A stretch of 64,000 bases of DNA from Dictyostelium discoideum (lineage: Eukaryota), in NCBI GenBank assembly GCA_000004695.1, contig CM000153.2, positions 1,792,001 to 1,856,000 on the forward strand. Direction: 5' to 3'. Positions 12,773 to 31,078 of this stretch are shown here, piece by piece. The position numbers and the translations under genes are program-made. The notes under the pieces were generated by a model. It was not told the origin of the DNA and did not search any database. It saw nothing but the letters and a program-made list of their open reading frames with translations. Positions within the stretch are counted from its first letter, which is position 1, and each line of letters opens with the position of its first letter.

Positions 12773-14290
12773 ATTTATTATTATTCAAACTATTTTTTTA
12801 TTTTTCTTTTAAATAGGTAATTCCATCAATTCAATATTTAATGATAACATGGTTCACTTAAATGATTTTTTAAATTTTAATAATCCGCCCCCATGTAGTA
12901 AGTTAAAATTAAAAATAATAATTATTGTAATTTAATTATTTTTTACTAATTTTAAAAATTTTTTTAATTAATAGAAACGGTTGTTGCAAATATTATTAGA
13001 GAAGAAATAGATGCAAATAATTGGATGTTTTATATTTTTGGAGAAGATTTAGGTGGATCATTTGGCGGTGCAAGGATTTTACCAGATATAAATTATCCAA
13101 GTTTTTCAGTATCACTATCAATAAAAAATTTTAGTCTATATTCATTTAGAGTTTCTAAAACTGTAGATGTACCAGATATATTAATTTTAAATTATCCATA
13201 TAATAGCATTGGTAACTTTTCATTGTCATGGGAGACTATTAATCCACAAATTAATATTGTTGATTGGGTTGGTGATAATTTGGTATTTAGTGGTAGTTAT
13301 TTTGGATATAATACTACAATTATTGATATTGAAATTGATGGTAAGAAATGTTTAATTTCAAAATCAACATTTTATCAAATCAATTGTACAATAGCAAAAA
13401 ATTCATTACCATCAAATTCAGGTCATGTAACTCTTGTAACAGTTGGTGATTTATCAACTCAAATCACTTTAGTTTATTATCAAGTTAATGCAATTATTGA
13501 ATGTCCAAATGGTAGTAGTTGTAACTAAGAATATGGTAATGGTTATTGTGATACTAGTAAAGGTGTATGTTTATGTAATTTAGATTGGCAATCAAGTGAT
13601 TGTAGTATTCCATATAGAATTTGCCCATTAGGTTCAAGTGTAGATTCTTCAATAATCAAAAAACAAGTTATCAAATTTTAATTTATTCATTAGTTGAAAT
13701 TGATTATTATGGCAATCTAGTAATTAATTATTCATTAGAAAGTAATTGGGAAAAACCAATTGAAATAAATCAATCAATTTATCAATTCACTCAAACTATT
13801 CAAAATCAACAATGTACTATAAAATATACAATAGAAGAAGTTAAAGATTGGTTGTAATGATGAAAATACAGAAATTGATACAATTGGTGATGATGATAAC
13901 TCTTTAAATTATATTTCAATTAAAAAAGATTCAAAAGTTTTATATGGTAGATTCATTGATAGATTAATTCAGATGATAGATCCACATATATGTCATCAAT
14001 AATTAAATCAAAAAATAATGAATCAATAATTGTGGCTATGAATTTACCACATTTCATTAGATTATGTAAGATTGATCCTGATTTCTCTGTATTATTATCA
14101 ACAAACTTCAAATCATCATGTCCATCTGATAATGATGGTGATAAAAGATCTTAGTTAATTTCAGTGGCTGTAACTGTTCCAATTGTTTCTTGTAGTGCTT
14201 TAGCTGGTCTTTCAATTTTTATTTATAGAAAAAAAATGATTGAAGCACCTTTTTTAAAAAAAATGAAAAAACTTTCCAAACAATAAATCA
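11929..14290 (+). pseudogene. Decayed tgr-like (IPT/TIG domain + EGF-like + single TM) cell-surface protein gene
   Basis: Collinear pieces on the + strand: a signal-peptide exon (MNKFYNCIIFLIIYKFIFIRCVDAQT..., donor gtaaga at about 12172); a TIG/IPT-like block (13025-13528: ...NLVFSGSYFGYNTTIIDIEIDGKKCLISKSTFYQINCTI...GHVTLVTVGDLS...ECPNGSSCN); an EGF-like continuation (EYGNGYCDTSKGVCLCNLDWQSSDCS) cut by an in-frame TAA at 13526; and a TM plus short cytoplasmic tail (14160-14290: VAVTVPIVSCSALAGLSIFIYRKKM...). There are multiple in-frame stops and phase-incompatible exon junctions. Confidence 0.4.
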
Positions 14291-14366
14291 TTTTTTTTTT
14301 TTTTTTTTTTTTTTTCTAAAATCTTGATAGAAATAATTTTTAGTTTACTTTTTTTTTAAAAATAAT

Positions 14367-14398
<32 letters not shown>

Positions 14399-14644
14399 TT
14401 TTTATTTTTAGAATTTAATTAATTATCATTCATTTTTTATATATAAAAAAAAAAAAAAAAATTTTTTTTGATTGGGTTGTGCAATTTTTTTCTAATAATA
14501 AAATTGAATTATAAAAAAAAAACTAATAAAAAATAAAGAATAAAAAAAAAAAAAGGAAAATCTTTATTGCTTTTTTTTTTTTTATATTTTTTTTTATATT
14601 TTTTTTTTTTTAATATTTTTTTTTCATTCGTCCCACAAAAACAA

Positions 14645-14676
<32 letters not shown>

Positions 14677-14776
14677 CATTATAGCATTTATTATAAAATA
14701 TAAATTATATATATTTATATATTATATATTTGTATAATATATATATATTTATATATTTATATATTTATTATATAAA

Positions 14777-15566
14777 ATGTTTTTTAATAAACTCTTTGGT
14801 GGTAATAGTACACCAACAGAAAACACCAACACACAAACAACAACAACAACAAATGTAAATAATGGTAATAATAACAATAACAACAATAGTGGTGAAAGTA
14901 GTAGATTCTCTTCATTTGGGTTTAATAAAATAACAGTGTCTGCTGAATCATTTAAAAAATTTGGATGTAAGTATACTTTATAGTTTTCAAAATAAAAAAA
15001 AAAATAAAAAAATAAAATAAAATAAAAGATTTTTAATTATATGATTGATTTATTTAGCATCAGTTCAATCATTTGCAAGTAACGTTTATCAAAAGATTGA
15101 AGAAGAAACCAAAAAACTTGTTGAAGAAGGACCAAATACATATTCAGATTGTTCAATGATGCCACCATGGATGGATTTTCAATTAGAGGATAAATCAAAA
15201 CAAACTGAGATTAGAGAGAAACTATTAGATGTAAAAATGAGTAGATCAACATTTTTACAATCACCACCAATTGATGCTGATTATTTTCAAGAGTTTGATG
15301 ATTATTTGGTTAAAATTGCAACTGTTTCTTTAAAATATGATCCAATTTTACAAAAGATTAGATTTCATTTCGTACCTAAATTGTATGTTTCAAAAAAAAA
15401 TACAAAAAAATACACTTAAAATACTAATTTATTAAATTTATTAAATTTAGGATATCAGAAGAACAATTCTGGAAGAATTGGTATTACAGGATTACTTTAC
15501 TTAAAAAACAATATAATATAACAACAAGTACAAATGATATAAAACCAAATAAAGATGAAAAAGAAG

Positions 15567-15614
<48 letters not shown>

Positions 15615-16148
15615 GTAACAACAGCAGCAATAATAATAATAGTAATAATAGTACTAATAAAGAATCATCACCATCACAAGATGAAACTGATATTGGTAAA
15701 TGGGAAAAAGAATTACAATCTGAATTAGACAATTTCGATATAAATGATGTTGTTGATGATGAAGGTAATATTGACTTCTCTTTAAATAATCATTTATTAA
15801 ATGATAATGATGATGATGAAGATTGGGAATCAAAAATAAATTTAGAATTACAACAACAACAGCAACAACAACCATCATCATTAATACAAAAACAAATATC
15901 AAAACAATCATCAACTACATTTTCATCACCAACGATTTCAACAACATTTTCATCACCAGTAACTGATAGTGATGTAGATTTAGAAATTGAAAAAGAATTA
16001 CAAAGAATGTCACAATCAAATATCGTTGATAAAAGTACAACTGATGAATTAATTGAAGAGATTGAAAGTGAAATTCAATTAGCTCAAAAAGATGGTTTAA
16101 TTTTAAATAATATTTTAGATGAAAATTATAGTAACAATAATAATAATG

Positions 16149-16187
<39 letters not shown>

Positions 16188-16384
16188 TTCAGGTATCTGA
16201 AAATGTTTTAGATGATGATGATATAAACAATTGTAGTAATATTGAAATTAATAATAGTAGTATAGAAATTAATGATGATTATAATAACCAAAATAAAATA
16301 ATTAACAATAATGGTGAAGGTGATATTGGTGGTTTAGAGGAAGAAATGGATCAAGTGAGTGGAAATAATTACGAATCTATCTAA
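14777..16384 (+). CDS. BSD-domain protein; 3 exons, about 14777..14966, 15057..15383, 15451..16384
   Basis: Exon 1 MFFNKLFGG...SAESFKKFG has donor gtaagt. Exon 2 is SSVQSFASNVYQKIEEETKKLVEEG...IRFHFVPKL with donor gtatgt. Exon 3 begins LISEEQFWKNWYYRITLLKKQYN, the diagnostic BSD motif (EE.FW.nYfyR). It continues in an open frame through poly-N and acidic tracts to ...GNNYESI*, and the frame is continuous with ORF 16007..16384. Confidence 0.65.
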
Positions 16385-17448
16385 TAAGAGATTTTAAAAC
16401 CATCTTAATTGGTAATCATAAAAAAAAAAATCATGATGATAATAATAACACCAACAATATAAATAGTAATTAAATGTATAAATAAAACAAAAAGGGGTCA
16501 TTTTTGGCCTTAAAGTGCTAAGAAGAAGGGGGTGTGTTGTTCTTTTTTTAGATCAAATGTTATTTTTAAAAAAAAAAAAAATAAAAAATAAAAAATAAAA
16601 AATAAAAAATAAAAAAAAAAAATAATAATCACACACATACACACACACATTCATTTTTTTTAATTTTTTAATTTTTTTATTTTTTTATTTTTTTATTTTT
16701 TTATTTTTTTATTTTATTTTTTATTTTTTTCTATTTTTAAATATACATTATCAAAATATTAATAAAATTATAATTTTTTTTTTTTTTTTTCTTTTCTTGA
16801 TCGTTTAACAAAATAATCTTTTTTTTTTTTTTTTTACCCTAATTAATATTATTTCTTTTTATTCAATTCTAGTTTATATTATTATTATTATTTTTTTTTT
16901 CAATTCTTTATCTAAATATAAAATTAATGTTATTTTGTGTTAATTCATCTGTGTGTTTTTTGTGTACGTGTGTTAATAAAAGATTTAATACATACCTTTT
17001 TTAATTAAATTTTTTCAATTAATTATTTTTTAAAAAAATATTTTATATAAAAAGAATTGTGCAGTTATTTTACTTTTTAAAATTATTTTAATTACATTTT
17101 TACATATATAAACATATTTATACATTTTCATACATTTTTTGGTTTTTTAATATAAAAATAAAATAAATTAAAAAAAAAAAAAATAAAAAAAATAAAAAAA
17201 AAAAAAAAAAAAAAAGTTTAACAAATAATTATTTTAAATATAAATTTTTTTTTTTTTTTTTAATAGTAATATTTCACCCATAATCAAAAATTATTTATCA
17301 ACATATTTTAAAAAAATAATTATATCTTATATAAATATTTAAAACATATAAAATAAATAAATAAATAAATTTGAATATATATATATACATATATATAAAA
17401 CTATATAAATATATATTTATATAGTTGACATATCTTAATATATAAATA

Positions 17449-18192
17449 ATGGGGGAATTTTCAAAATCAATTAATAATGGTAGTTCTTGGATAAGTTTCT
17501 TAAATGAAATTAAACCTGAAGATGATGAAAAATCAATTCAAAATCAAAATATAATTGATGAAAATGAAAACTATAATTATTATTTAAAAAATACAAATAG
17601 TAATCATAGTAATGGTTATAGAGATATTAGAAATAGTTTTATTTTTAAAGATTTCCCAGATTCAACAATATTTAATGAAGAAGAAAGATGTACTATATTA
17701 AAGTCTATTCAAGCTAATCAAACCAATACACCAACACTTGAAGGAATAAAGAGTGCAGAGAATAATTATGTTCGTAGACTAGCTTTAAAAAAGAATAGAT
17801 TCAGTTTAGATAATCAAGATTATAAAGGTTCTTTAAAATTAAAAATGGCTTCTGAAGAAATTGATAAATTAATATTTTCTTTAAATACTCCAAGAGTTAA
17901 TAATAGTGATGATAATGATAATAAAAATAATAGTGAAAATAATGAAAATAATGATAGTATTTTAGAACTTCAAAAACCAACAATAAATTCAATTTTGGAA
18001 GAGGAGGAGGAAGAAGAAGGAGGAGTAGAATTAGAACCTATATTTATCAAACCAAATGAAATTGAAACAATTCCAAAGAAAAGTTTATCATTTATGGAAG
18101 ATGATTTTCTTAAAAATCTTGATTTAATAAATTGTAGAATGTTAATGAATAATACATTTAAAGAGGATATAAAACATGATGAAGATGATTTA

Positions 18193-18252
<60 letters not shown>

Positions 18253-18664
18253 GAGAAATTAGATAAAATCATTGAAGAAGAAGAAGAGGTAGAATTAGAG
18301 AATGTTAAAGAATTTGTATTAAATAATCAAAAAGAGGATAAAAAAGAAGAAACTGAAGAGTTTCTTGAAATTAAAGAGACTTTTATGAAATTAGGAGAAA
18401 TAATACCAGCAAAAAATGAAATAAAGATGGATCATCTCATTGAATTATCAATAGAATGTGAAATGTTGGAAGAATGTCCAATATGTTTAAATGAAATCGA
18501 TTCAATAAATGTATTCAAATTTAGTCCTTGTTCACATAGATATTGTGTGGACTGTGTAAGAAAATATTTCACTGATTTAATTTTTAGACAAACTGAAATC
18601 GTCTGTCCACATCCGAAATGTGATAGTGTTGTCCATGATTTTAAAATTGTAATTATAATTATTA

Positions 18665-18758
<94 letters not shown>

Positions 18759-19827
18759 ATTATTATTATTATTATATACCCTTTATTAATTTTTTTTTTT
18801 TTTATAAATTTAAAATTTTCTAGAAAGAAGTAGTTGGATTAACAATATTTAAAAAGTTTGAAATGTATAAACATTTGAAAAATTTAAAGAGTGATAATAT
18901 AATATATTGTAGAAGTTGTCAAAATCCAATTCCATATAAAGCAGTAGTGGCTCTTAATTGTAGCATTAGTGCAAATGGAGGTACAAGTAGTAGTAGTGGA
19001 AGTAGTGGTATTAATAGTAATGATGGAGCAACGGATAATAAAAATGGTAGTATTAATGGAATGAGTGTAGTTGTATGCGATTCAAATGGATGTGGTACAA
19101 AACATTGTATTGAATGTTTATCACTTGAACATCCAGATAGAACTTGTAAAGAGAATCAAAAAATTATTCACGATGCATTATCACCAGAGGAATTGAAAAC
19201 TTTGAAATATTTAGAATTAAATCAAATTAAACAATGTCCAAAATGTGGTGTATTATGTTCAAAAGCTGATGGTTGTGAATACGTTATGTGTTTAACTTGT
19301 AATTATCAATTGTAAGTAAAAAAAAAAAAAAACATTTAAATATATCTATTCTTATTTTTTTTATTTTATTTTTAATTAACTTTTTTTTTTTTTTTAATAA
19401 TAATAATTAAAGTTGTTTTTTATGTTTAGAAGTACATGATCATAATCTTGCAAATCATGTTCATGGTCCGAAATATCAAGAAGAGATTATTACATCAGAC
19501 AATCTTTATGGAAATTATTATAATAGAGGTTATCAAAATGGTAATAAACATAAGAAATTGAAAAAGATTTGTAAAAATATTTTAATTGGTGCTGGAATTG
19601 TAATCGCAACTCCAATTGCCGTATCAGTAGTTGCTGTGGCTGCAATACCTTATGGGGTCTATTATCTCGCTAAAAAGAATGAAGAAAGAAAAAAGAAAAA
19701 GAAAACTAAAAAATTTGAGAGATGGGCCAATGGTGAATATAAAAGAAGAAAAGAAATGGGTGTTGATGTTAGTCCATATATCGAATTTGCTGCCAATAAC
19801 TATGCTGTAAATCACAAAGCAAAATAA
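17449..19827 (+). CDS. RBR (RING-IBR-RING, ariadne-type) E3 ubiquitin ligase with a C-terminal transmembrane segment; 3 exons, 17449..18648, 18824..19311, 19413..19827
   Basis: RING1 is CPICLNEIDSINVFKFSPCSHRYCVDCVRKYFTDLIFRQTEIVCPHPKC. Exon 2 holds the IBR (YCRSCQNPIPYKA...CIECLSLEHPDRTC) and the start of RING2 (CPKCGVLCSKADGCEYVMCLTCNYQ). Exon 3 completes RING2 (FCFLCLEVHDHNLANH) and then a TM helix (ILIGAGIVIATPIAVSVVAVAAIPYGVYYL) with a basic tail. Intron 1 contains (ATT)40 and the ORF track reads it as poly-I/L. Confidence 0.75.
18651..18775. repeat. (ATT)n microsatellite, about 40 units, within intron 1 of the RBR ligase gene
   Basis: Perfect att tandem run. Confidence 0.9.
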
Positions 19828-20015
19828 ATAAAAAGAATTATTTTTTAAATTTAAAAAAAAAAAAAAAACAAAAAAAAAACATATATATATAAATAAAATA
19901 AAAAGAAATTAAAAATTGTTAAGATAATTAATTTAAAAAAATGAGAAAAAAAAAAGGAATAATAATAATAATTATTATAATTATATACTATATGTAAATA
20001 TTATTACTATTATTA

Positions 20016-20050
<35 letters not shown>

Positions 20051-20051
20051 T

Positions 20052-20089
<38 letters not shown>

Positions 20090-20259
20090 CATTCCACAAA
20101 AAAAATACAAAAAATAATAACAACACACCAATTTGTTTTTAATAATTTGATAGGAAAAGTGGGTGAGGGGTACTGAAAAAAGAAATTTTTGCTGTTTGCC
20201 TATCATTTTTTTATATTTCAAAAAGTAATCTTGTGGTAGAACAAAATACTTTATCAAAT

Positions 20260-20300
<41 letters not shown>

Positions 20301-20404
20301 TAATGTTATTTTCAAAAATTATTTATGTAAATTACAAACATATAATTTTTTTTTTTTTTTTTTATTATTATTATTATTTTTTTATTTATTAACTGATCAT
20401 CAAA

Positions 20405-21706
20405 ATGTTGAGCCATATAAACATTATTTATATTATTTGGATTTTGTTATTTTTTTTTACATGTTTAATTAGCTTTTTTTTAGTAAATAGACATTTAGTT
20501 AATTACTCCTCTCCAAATGTTCAAAAAAATGTTGTAAGAATTGTAATGTTTCTCCCATTAAATTCCGGTCTCAGTATTTTATCATCTATCTTCCCAGGAA
20601 TAGCTATTTTCAATAGCCTTGTTAGAAATTGGTATGATAAAAATGAAAATTTTAATTTTTTGGTAAATTAAAATTGAAATTAATTTTTTTTTTATTTTTC
20701 AAGCTACATGGCTTTTACAGCTCATTGCTTTTTCTCAATGATGACAAATTCAATTGGAGAAAAAAATATGCTAGATTTGTTTGAATCCCAAGGAAAAATG
20801 AAATTTTTGTGTTGCAAAGTAATGAAGCTAAATAGGTTAGTAAAAAAAATTTTAATTATTATCACTATATTTATTTTTATTTTTTAAATACCTAAAACTA
20901 ATATAATGTTTTTTTTATTTAATTTTTAAAAGAAAATTATTTAATACTTTAAGATTTGGATCAATCCAATTTTTTATTGTAAAAATTTTTTGCTCCATTG
21001 CAACAATTACCTGCATTTCAATCAGTGAAGAAGTTCATTCTATTTTAAATGTTCAATCCTTTGCTCCATATGAATTTTTAATTTCTTTGGTTGCCTCAAT
21101 TTTCTGTACTATCTCATTATCAATATTCCTTGCCATTAGTAAAGAAAAATTAAGTCAGTATTGGCCAATGACCAAGTATAGAATTATGATATTCATTTTC
21201 TTTATTGAACAATTTGAATATCTTTTCTTTGCACTTATTTTCTTGAGAGGTCCTTTTTTTTTAGGTTTTAAAAACTCCTTTGATCAAACTATTTTTATAC
21301 TTGTAAGTATTATTAAATATATAAACCAAATATTATTTGTATTAATATTTTTCTTTTTTTTATTGAAAAAAAAAAAAAAAAAAAAAAGCACTTTACAGTT
21401 GTTGTTACAATGTTTTTGTTCTCAATTGTTTATCTTTTCATTTACTCTTATAAAAACTATAGAAATAAAGCTTCAAATGAACCTTTAGTTGGAAGAAATT
21501 TTAAAGACTCCTTTGGTTTATTAAATTATTTGGATGTATTAAATCCAAAAGATTTGTTTATTGACTTTGCTAGCATTTTCAAAACAAATAATAACAAATT
21601 TAAAGAGTTGGTTGAAGAAAATGGTGATAAAAAACCAAAGAAAAATATTGAAGATCAAAACCAAGAAAATAGTAATGACCAACCACTATCAATCCAAATG
21701 GCTTAG
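20405..21706 (+). CDS. TMEM184/DUF300 (Ost-alpha-like) multi-pass membrane protein; 4 exons, about 20405..20631, 20704..20835, 20933..21302, 21390..21706
   Basis: Exon 1 is MLSHINIIYIIWILLFFFTC...VRIVMFLPLNSGLSILSSIFPGIAIFNSLVRN. Exon 2 is CYMAFTAHCFFSMMTNSIGEKNMLDLFESQGKMKFLCCKVMKLN. The junction RNC-YMAF reproduces the TMEM184 motif C.E.YEA, and ...FLCCK is the conserved PFCC motif. Exons 3-4 add further TM helices and a C-terminal tail. The donors are gtatga, gttagt and gtaagt. Confidence 0.6.
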
Positions 21707-21904
21707 TTGGATTTCAAAGGAATCAAAAATTTTGAATCTTCAAATTGAAACCAAATATTTTTATTGGTTATATAAAAAATGGAAATAAATAAATAAATAA
21801 ATTAATAAATAAATAAATAAATAAATAAAAAAAAAAAAAAAAAAAGAATTAATTTTTTTAATAAATACAAATTATCAATTTATTTAAACCTTTTTATTGA
21901 ACTT

Positions 21905-27220
<5,316 letters not shown>

Positions 27221-27487
27221 TACTGATGGTGGTGATGGGTATTTTTTATCAATATTATGACATGTATTACCTGTTTTTCCTATAATTTATTATTATTATT
27301 ATTTTATTTATTTAAAAAATAAATAAATAAAAAATATGTGTTTTTAGTTTTTTAATTATTTGATTTGTTTTTTTTTTTTTTTTTTTTTTTTATATATTAA
27401 AATTATATTCCTTACCTTTTCCCCATGTATATAAAACTTTCATTTATATATTATATATATTTGACCCCTCTCCTTATGAGTGGATGG

Positions 27488-27530
<43 letters not shown>

Positions 27531-28135
27531 CAAAAATAGAATTTATTATTATAGGTATGTATATATATTTATTAGGTTTTTTTTTTTTTGTTTTTTTAAT
27601 TACTATTATTATTATTATTTAAAAAAAGATATAGTTTTTTATTTTATTTTATTAATACAATGAAAATAAATAATTATGGTACAATAATGTGACTGAATAA
27701 ATATTTTTTTTATATAAAAAAAAAAATTGTCACGAGATAAAATGTTTGTCAAAAAATAAAAATAAAAAAAAAATAAAAGACTATTATTTCATAAGGTAAT
27801 TATGAATGTGTTTGTGAGTTTATGAATAACAAAACAAAAAACCACAAATATCAAAAAAAAAAAAAAAGAAAAAAAATAAAAAAAAGTGTTTGTTGTGTGT
27901 ATATGTGTGTACACAAAAGATCGAAATATAAAAAAAAAAAGAGAGTTAAAAGGATAAATAGCGTGTTTTTTAGTTTTTTTTTTTCTGTGCACGATTTGAA
28001 TTTTTTTTTTTTTTTTTTATTTTTTCAGTTTTTTTTTTTTTTTTATTTTTTTTTAAAATTTTGTGAAACATTTGGATGGATTTGCACTCGCATTTGCAAA
28101 TATTGAAATTATACCAAAAAAAAAAAAAAAAAAAT

Positions 28136-28166
<31 letters not shown>

Positions 28167-28422
28167 TTGGTTTCAAACAATTATTATAATAATTTTATAT
28201 ACAATTAAAATATGGACCAACCTAACACTTTTTTTTTTTTTGTTCAGATTCAATTATTTTTTTTATTTTTAATTTAATTTTTAATTTTTAATTTTTAATT
28301 TTTAATTTTTTTTTTTTTTTTTTTTTTATATTCAAATTAAAAACCGTTTACAATTGGATTAAAAAAAGTTGTATGGGTTCAAATCTCAAGATTAAAAAAA
28401 ATAATAAAAAAATAAAAAAACA

Positions 28423-28530
28423 ATGTCAGATATCGATGATTTTGAGTCAGATGGTGAGGGTGGAAAAATTTACAAAAAGTTTGTTATTGACCATAAAAAA
28501 AGAAAACAACACCAGTTAAAAACAAAATTA

Positions 28531-28594
<64 letters not shown>

Positions 28595-29487
28595 TTAATA
28601 ACAATTCATCATCTTTAAAAGCCAAACAATTAAAATCTACGATTACCACAACTACAACAACAACATCAAAAAAAAAGCAGCGACCAATTATCTCACTCGA
28701 GAGTGATAGTGATGAAACAGAAGATGAAATTGGCTATATAAAAAAAAAAACCACCACAACCACTTTAAAACCCAAATACCCAACAACAACCACTTCAACA
28801 TCAACATCAACAAGTAATAGACCTAAAAATGACCTAATATTTGATGATGAGGTTGATGAAGATAATAATAATAATAATAATTTAGATGAAGATAGGCCAA
28901 TTTTCAAACCCAATAAAAAGAAAAGAGCATCTATTAATGATGAAATTGAAAATGATGATAATGATGAAGATAATAGTACTGTTAGCAATTATGATAAATA
29001 TAAAACATTTGATGAATTGGATGGAAATGACAAATTCAATAATAATAATAATAGTAATAAACCAACAAAAAAGAAAACAACAACAACAACAACAACAACA
29101 AATAAAATTGATAAATTTGATAGTAATACAATTGATAAAATTAAACAATCACTTCATTATTCAGTAATTAAAGTATCAGAAGAACAAGCAAATAAATTTA
29201 ATGTTGGTATTACAAAGGAAACAATGTCATCTTTGTCGGAATTAATTTTCAACGTTACAAAAGATTTAGTTTCAAAAGATTTAGTTTCGTTCGCTCAACA
29301 TGCAAAAAGACCAACAAAGATAACTGTCGATGATGTTAAACTTTTAGCTCGTAGAAATGATTCCCTTTTAAATTCTTTACTTTTAAAAGAAACTGAAAGA
29401 GAAAGAGAATTAGAACTACAAGAAGTAGTAAATAAATCAAGTAAAAAGAAAGACAATAATAATAATATTATTCAATTTGATGATTAA
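28423..29487 (+). CDS. CENP-S / MHF1 (FAAP16, APITD1) histone-fold protein with a long N/T/D-rich N-terminal extension
   Basis: The C-terminal region SLHYSVIKVSEEQANKFNVGITKETMSSLSELIFNVTKDLVSKDLVSFAQHAKRPTKITVDDVKLLARRNDSLLNSLL matches the CENP-S histone fold (VHYTVG..EE.A......fS.q.iaaisEl.f.......kDLE.FA.HAKR.Ti...DVKLLARR). The N-terminus has N32 and T-runs. Confidence 0.7.
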
Positions 29488-29555
29488 AAACAAATAAAGA
29501 TATAATTTATATTTATTTTATTTTATTTTAATTTTAATTTTAATTTTGTTTTATC

Positions 29556-30490
29556 TTATTTTTCTAAAACAACATTTGAATTAAATTCTCTTTGAGAAGT
29601 AACTTGATCTTGTAAATCTTTAATTTTACGATCAACACCAATGAATGTTTCTTTTGGACCAATGAATAAATTATATGGGAGTTCTTGTTGATTAGCATAA
29701 TGATTTACAACTAAATCTGCTAATTTTTTAACATCACCTTGAGTTAATATTTTCATGAATGGGGTAATCATTTTGGACCAGAAATTTTGAGTATCATATT
29801 CTGGAATCATGTTGGAAACTAAAGCATTTTCAGAAACTACATGGTTTTGGAAATTGGTCATAAAATGACCTAGAACAAGACATGTTACTTTAATATTGAA
29901 TGGTTTAACATCAGCACCCAAACCTTGACTAATACTATTAAGTGCTGATTTAGCACTTGCATAAGCACCATAACGAGGGTGAGCATTAATACCAGCAATT
30001 GAACCTACATTAAAAATGTATCCAAATTTTTTTGAACGCATATGTGGGAGAACTGATCTAATGACTCGAAGTGGATAGAAAACTAAGGATTCAAAGAGAT
30101 CTTGGTAATCTTGTTCAGTACCTTCTTCAATTGCACCAACGACAGCATATCCGGCACAATTCACAACATGAGTTAGGTCACCAAAATGTTTAATTGTTTT
30201 TTCAACAGAATCCTTAATGTTTTGTTCATTCTTAATATCAATTTCCAAACCAAGGAAATTTGGGTTATTGGCAAAACTTAATTTTTCAATTTTTTTAATA
30301 TCACGTGATGTACCTGCAACTTTACAATTTGGATTTGCAAAAATCTTTTCAATTAATGCTTGTGCAACCCCACTAGTACATCCTAAATAATATATAAATA
30401 TTAATATTAATTTTTAAAAACTTTTTTTTTTTTTTTTCAATACTTACCTGTTATATACCAAACACGATTATCTTGAGTTCCTGAATCCAT
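29556..30490 (-). CDS. Short-chain dehydrogenase/reductase (SDR); 2 exons, 30490..30448 and 30382..29556
   Basis: Exon 1 is MDSGTQDNRVWYIT with donor gtaagt. Exon 2 is GCTSGVAQALIEKIFANPNCKVAGTSRDIKKIEKL...NCAGYAVVGAIEEGTEQDY...GSIAGINAHPRYGAYASAKSALNSISQGL. It has the TGxxxGxG cofactor motif, NCAG, and the YxxxK catalytic motif (YASAK). Confidence 0.75.
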
Positions 30491-30785
30491 AGTTTTATTT
30501 ACTTATAGTTTTTAAAATGAATCAAAAAAAAAAAAAAAAAAAAAATTTTCTATTTGTATAAATTTTTTTTCTTTTGTTTTTCTTTTTTTTTTTTTTTTTT
30601 TTGTATGAAATCATATTACTATAATTATGATGTTATTTTCATTGACTCCTTTTCCAAAAATAATTATTTGCTGTAAATAAAAATTTTTGGTATAAAGGAT
30701 AGTTTCTGAGATTTTTCACAAAAATCCGGTAAAAGTTTTATTTTATTGGTTAAATGAGAAACTGAAAAATCTTAAAAATTAAAAA

Positions 30786-30821
<36 letters not shown>

Positions 30822-30956
30822 ATTATTAACTAAATTATTTTATTTAACTTTTTTGGAAATGTTTTAACAAAACATTTAATTTTTAGATTATTAACCTTTT
30901 GAAATTTCAACAATAGAATAAACATTAATAATTATTTTAGCAGATCTTTTTACAAT

Positions 30957-31078
30957 AACCAATCGATTGTTTCTTTATCTTTAATTGTAACAATCATATC
31001 ATTATCAATTAGATTTGAGGTAATTTCTTTCCATTTCTATGATGATTCATTACGTAAAATTGAATGTAATTGTTTTAG
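30957..31078 (-). repeat. Degenerate duplicate (about 92% identical, 120 bp) of an internal coding segment (32648-32770) of the adjacent 1068-aa gene, abutting that gene's stop codon
   Basis: Plus strand 30957-31078 accaatcgattgtttctttatctttaattgtaacaatcatatcattatcaattagatttgaggtaatttctttccatttctatgatgatt... aligns with 32648-32770 gccaatcgattgtttctttatctttaattgtaacaatcatatcattatcaattagatttgaagtaatttctttccatttcgatgatgatt.... The internal copy encodes SSSKWKEITSNLIDNDMIVTIKDKETIDWLS; the downstream copy carries an in-frame TAG (TCG to TAG). Confidence 0.6.

Noticed and set aside
12560-12900. Treating 12560-12900 as independent small genes
   Set aside because: The frames contain stops every 20-60 codons and the segments are collinear with the tgr-like pseudogene; they are better explained as decayed exons of that locus.
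27221-27290. A 49-nt candidate intron gtaatacatg...ccatcag at the 5' end of the RCC1-phosphatase gene
   Set aside because: It is shorter and more GC-rich than typical Dictyostelium introns (usually at least 60-70 nt and over 85% AT). More likely it is coding, and the frame is indeed open through it.
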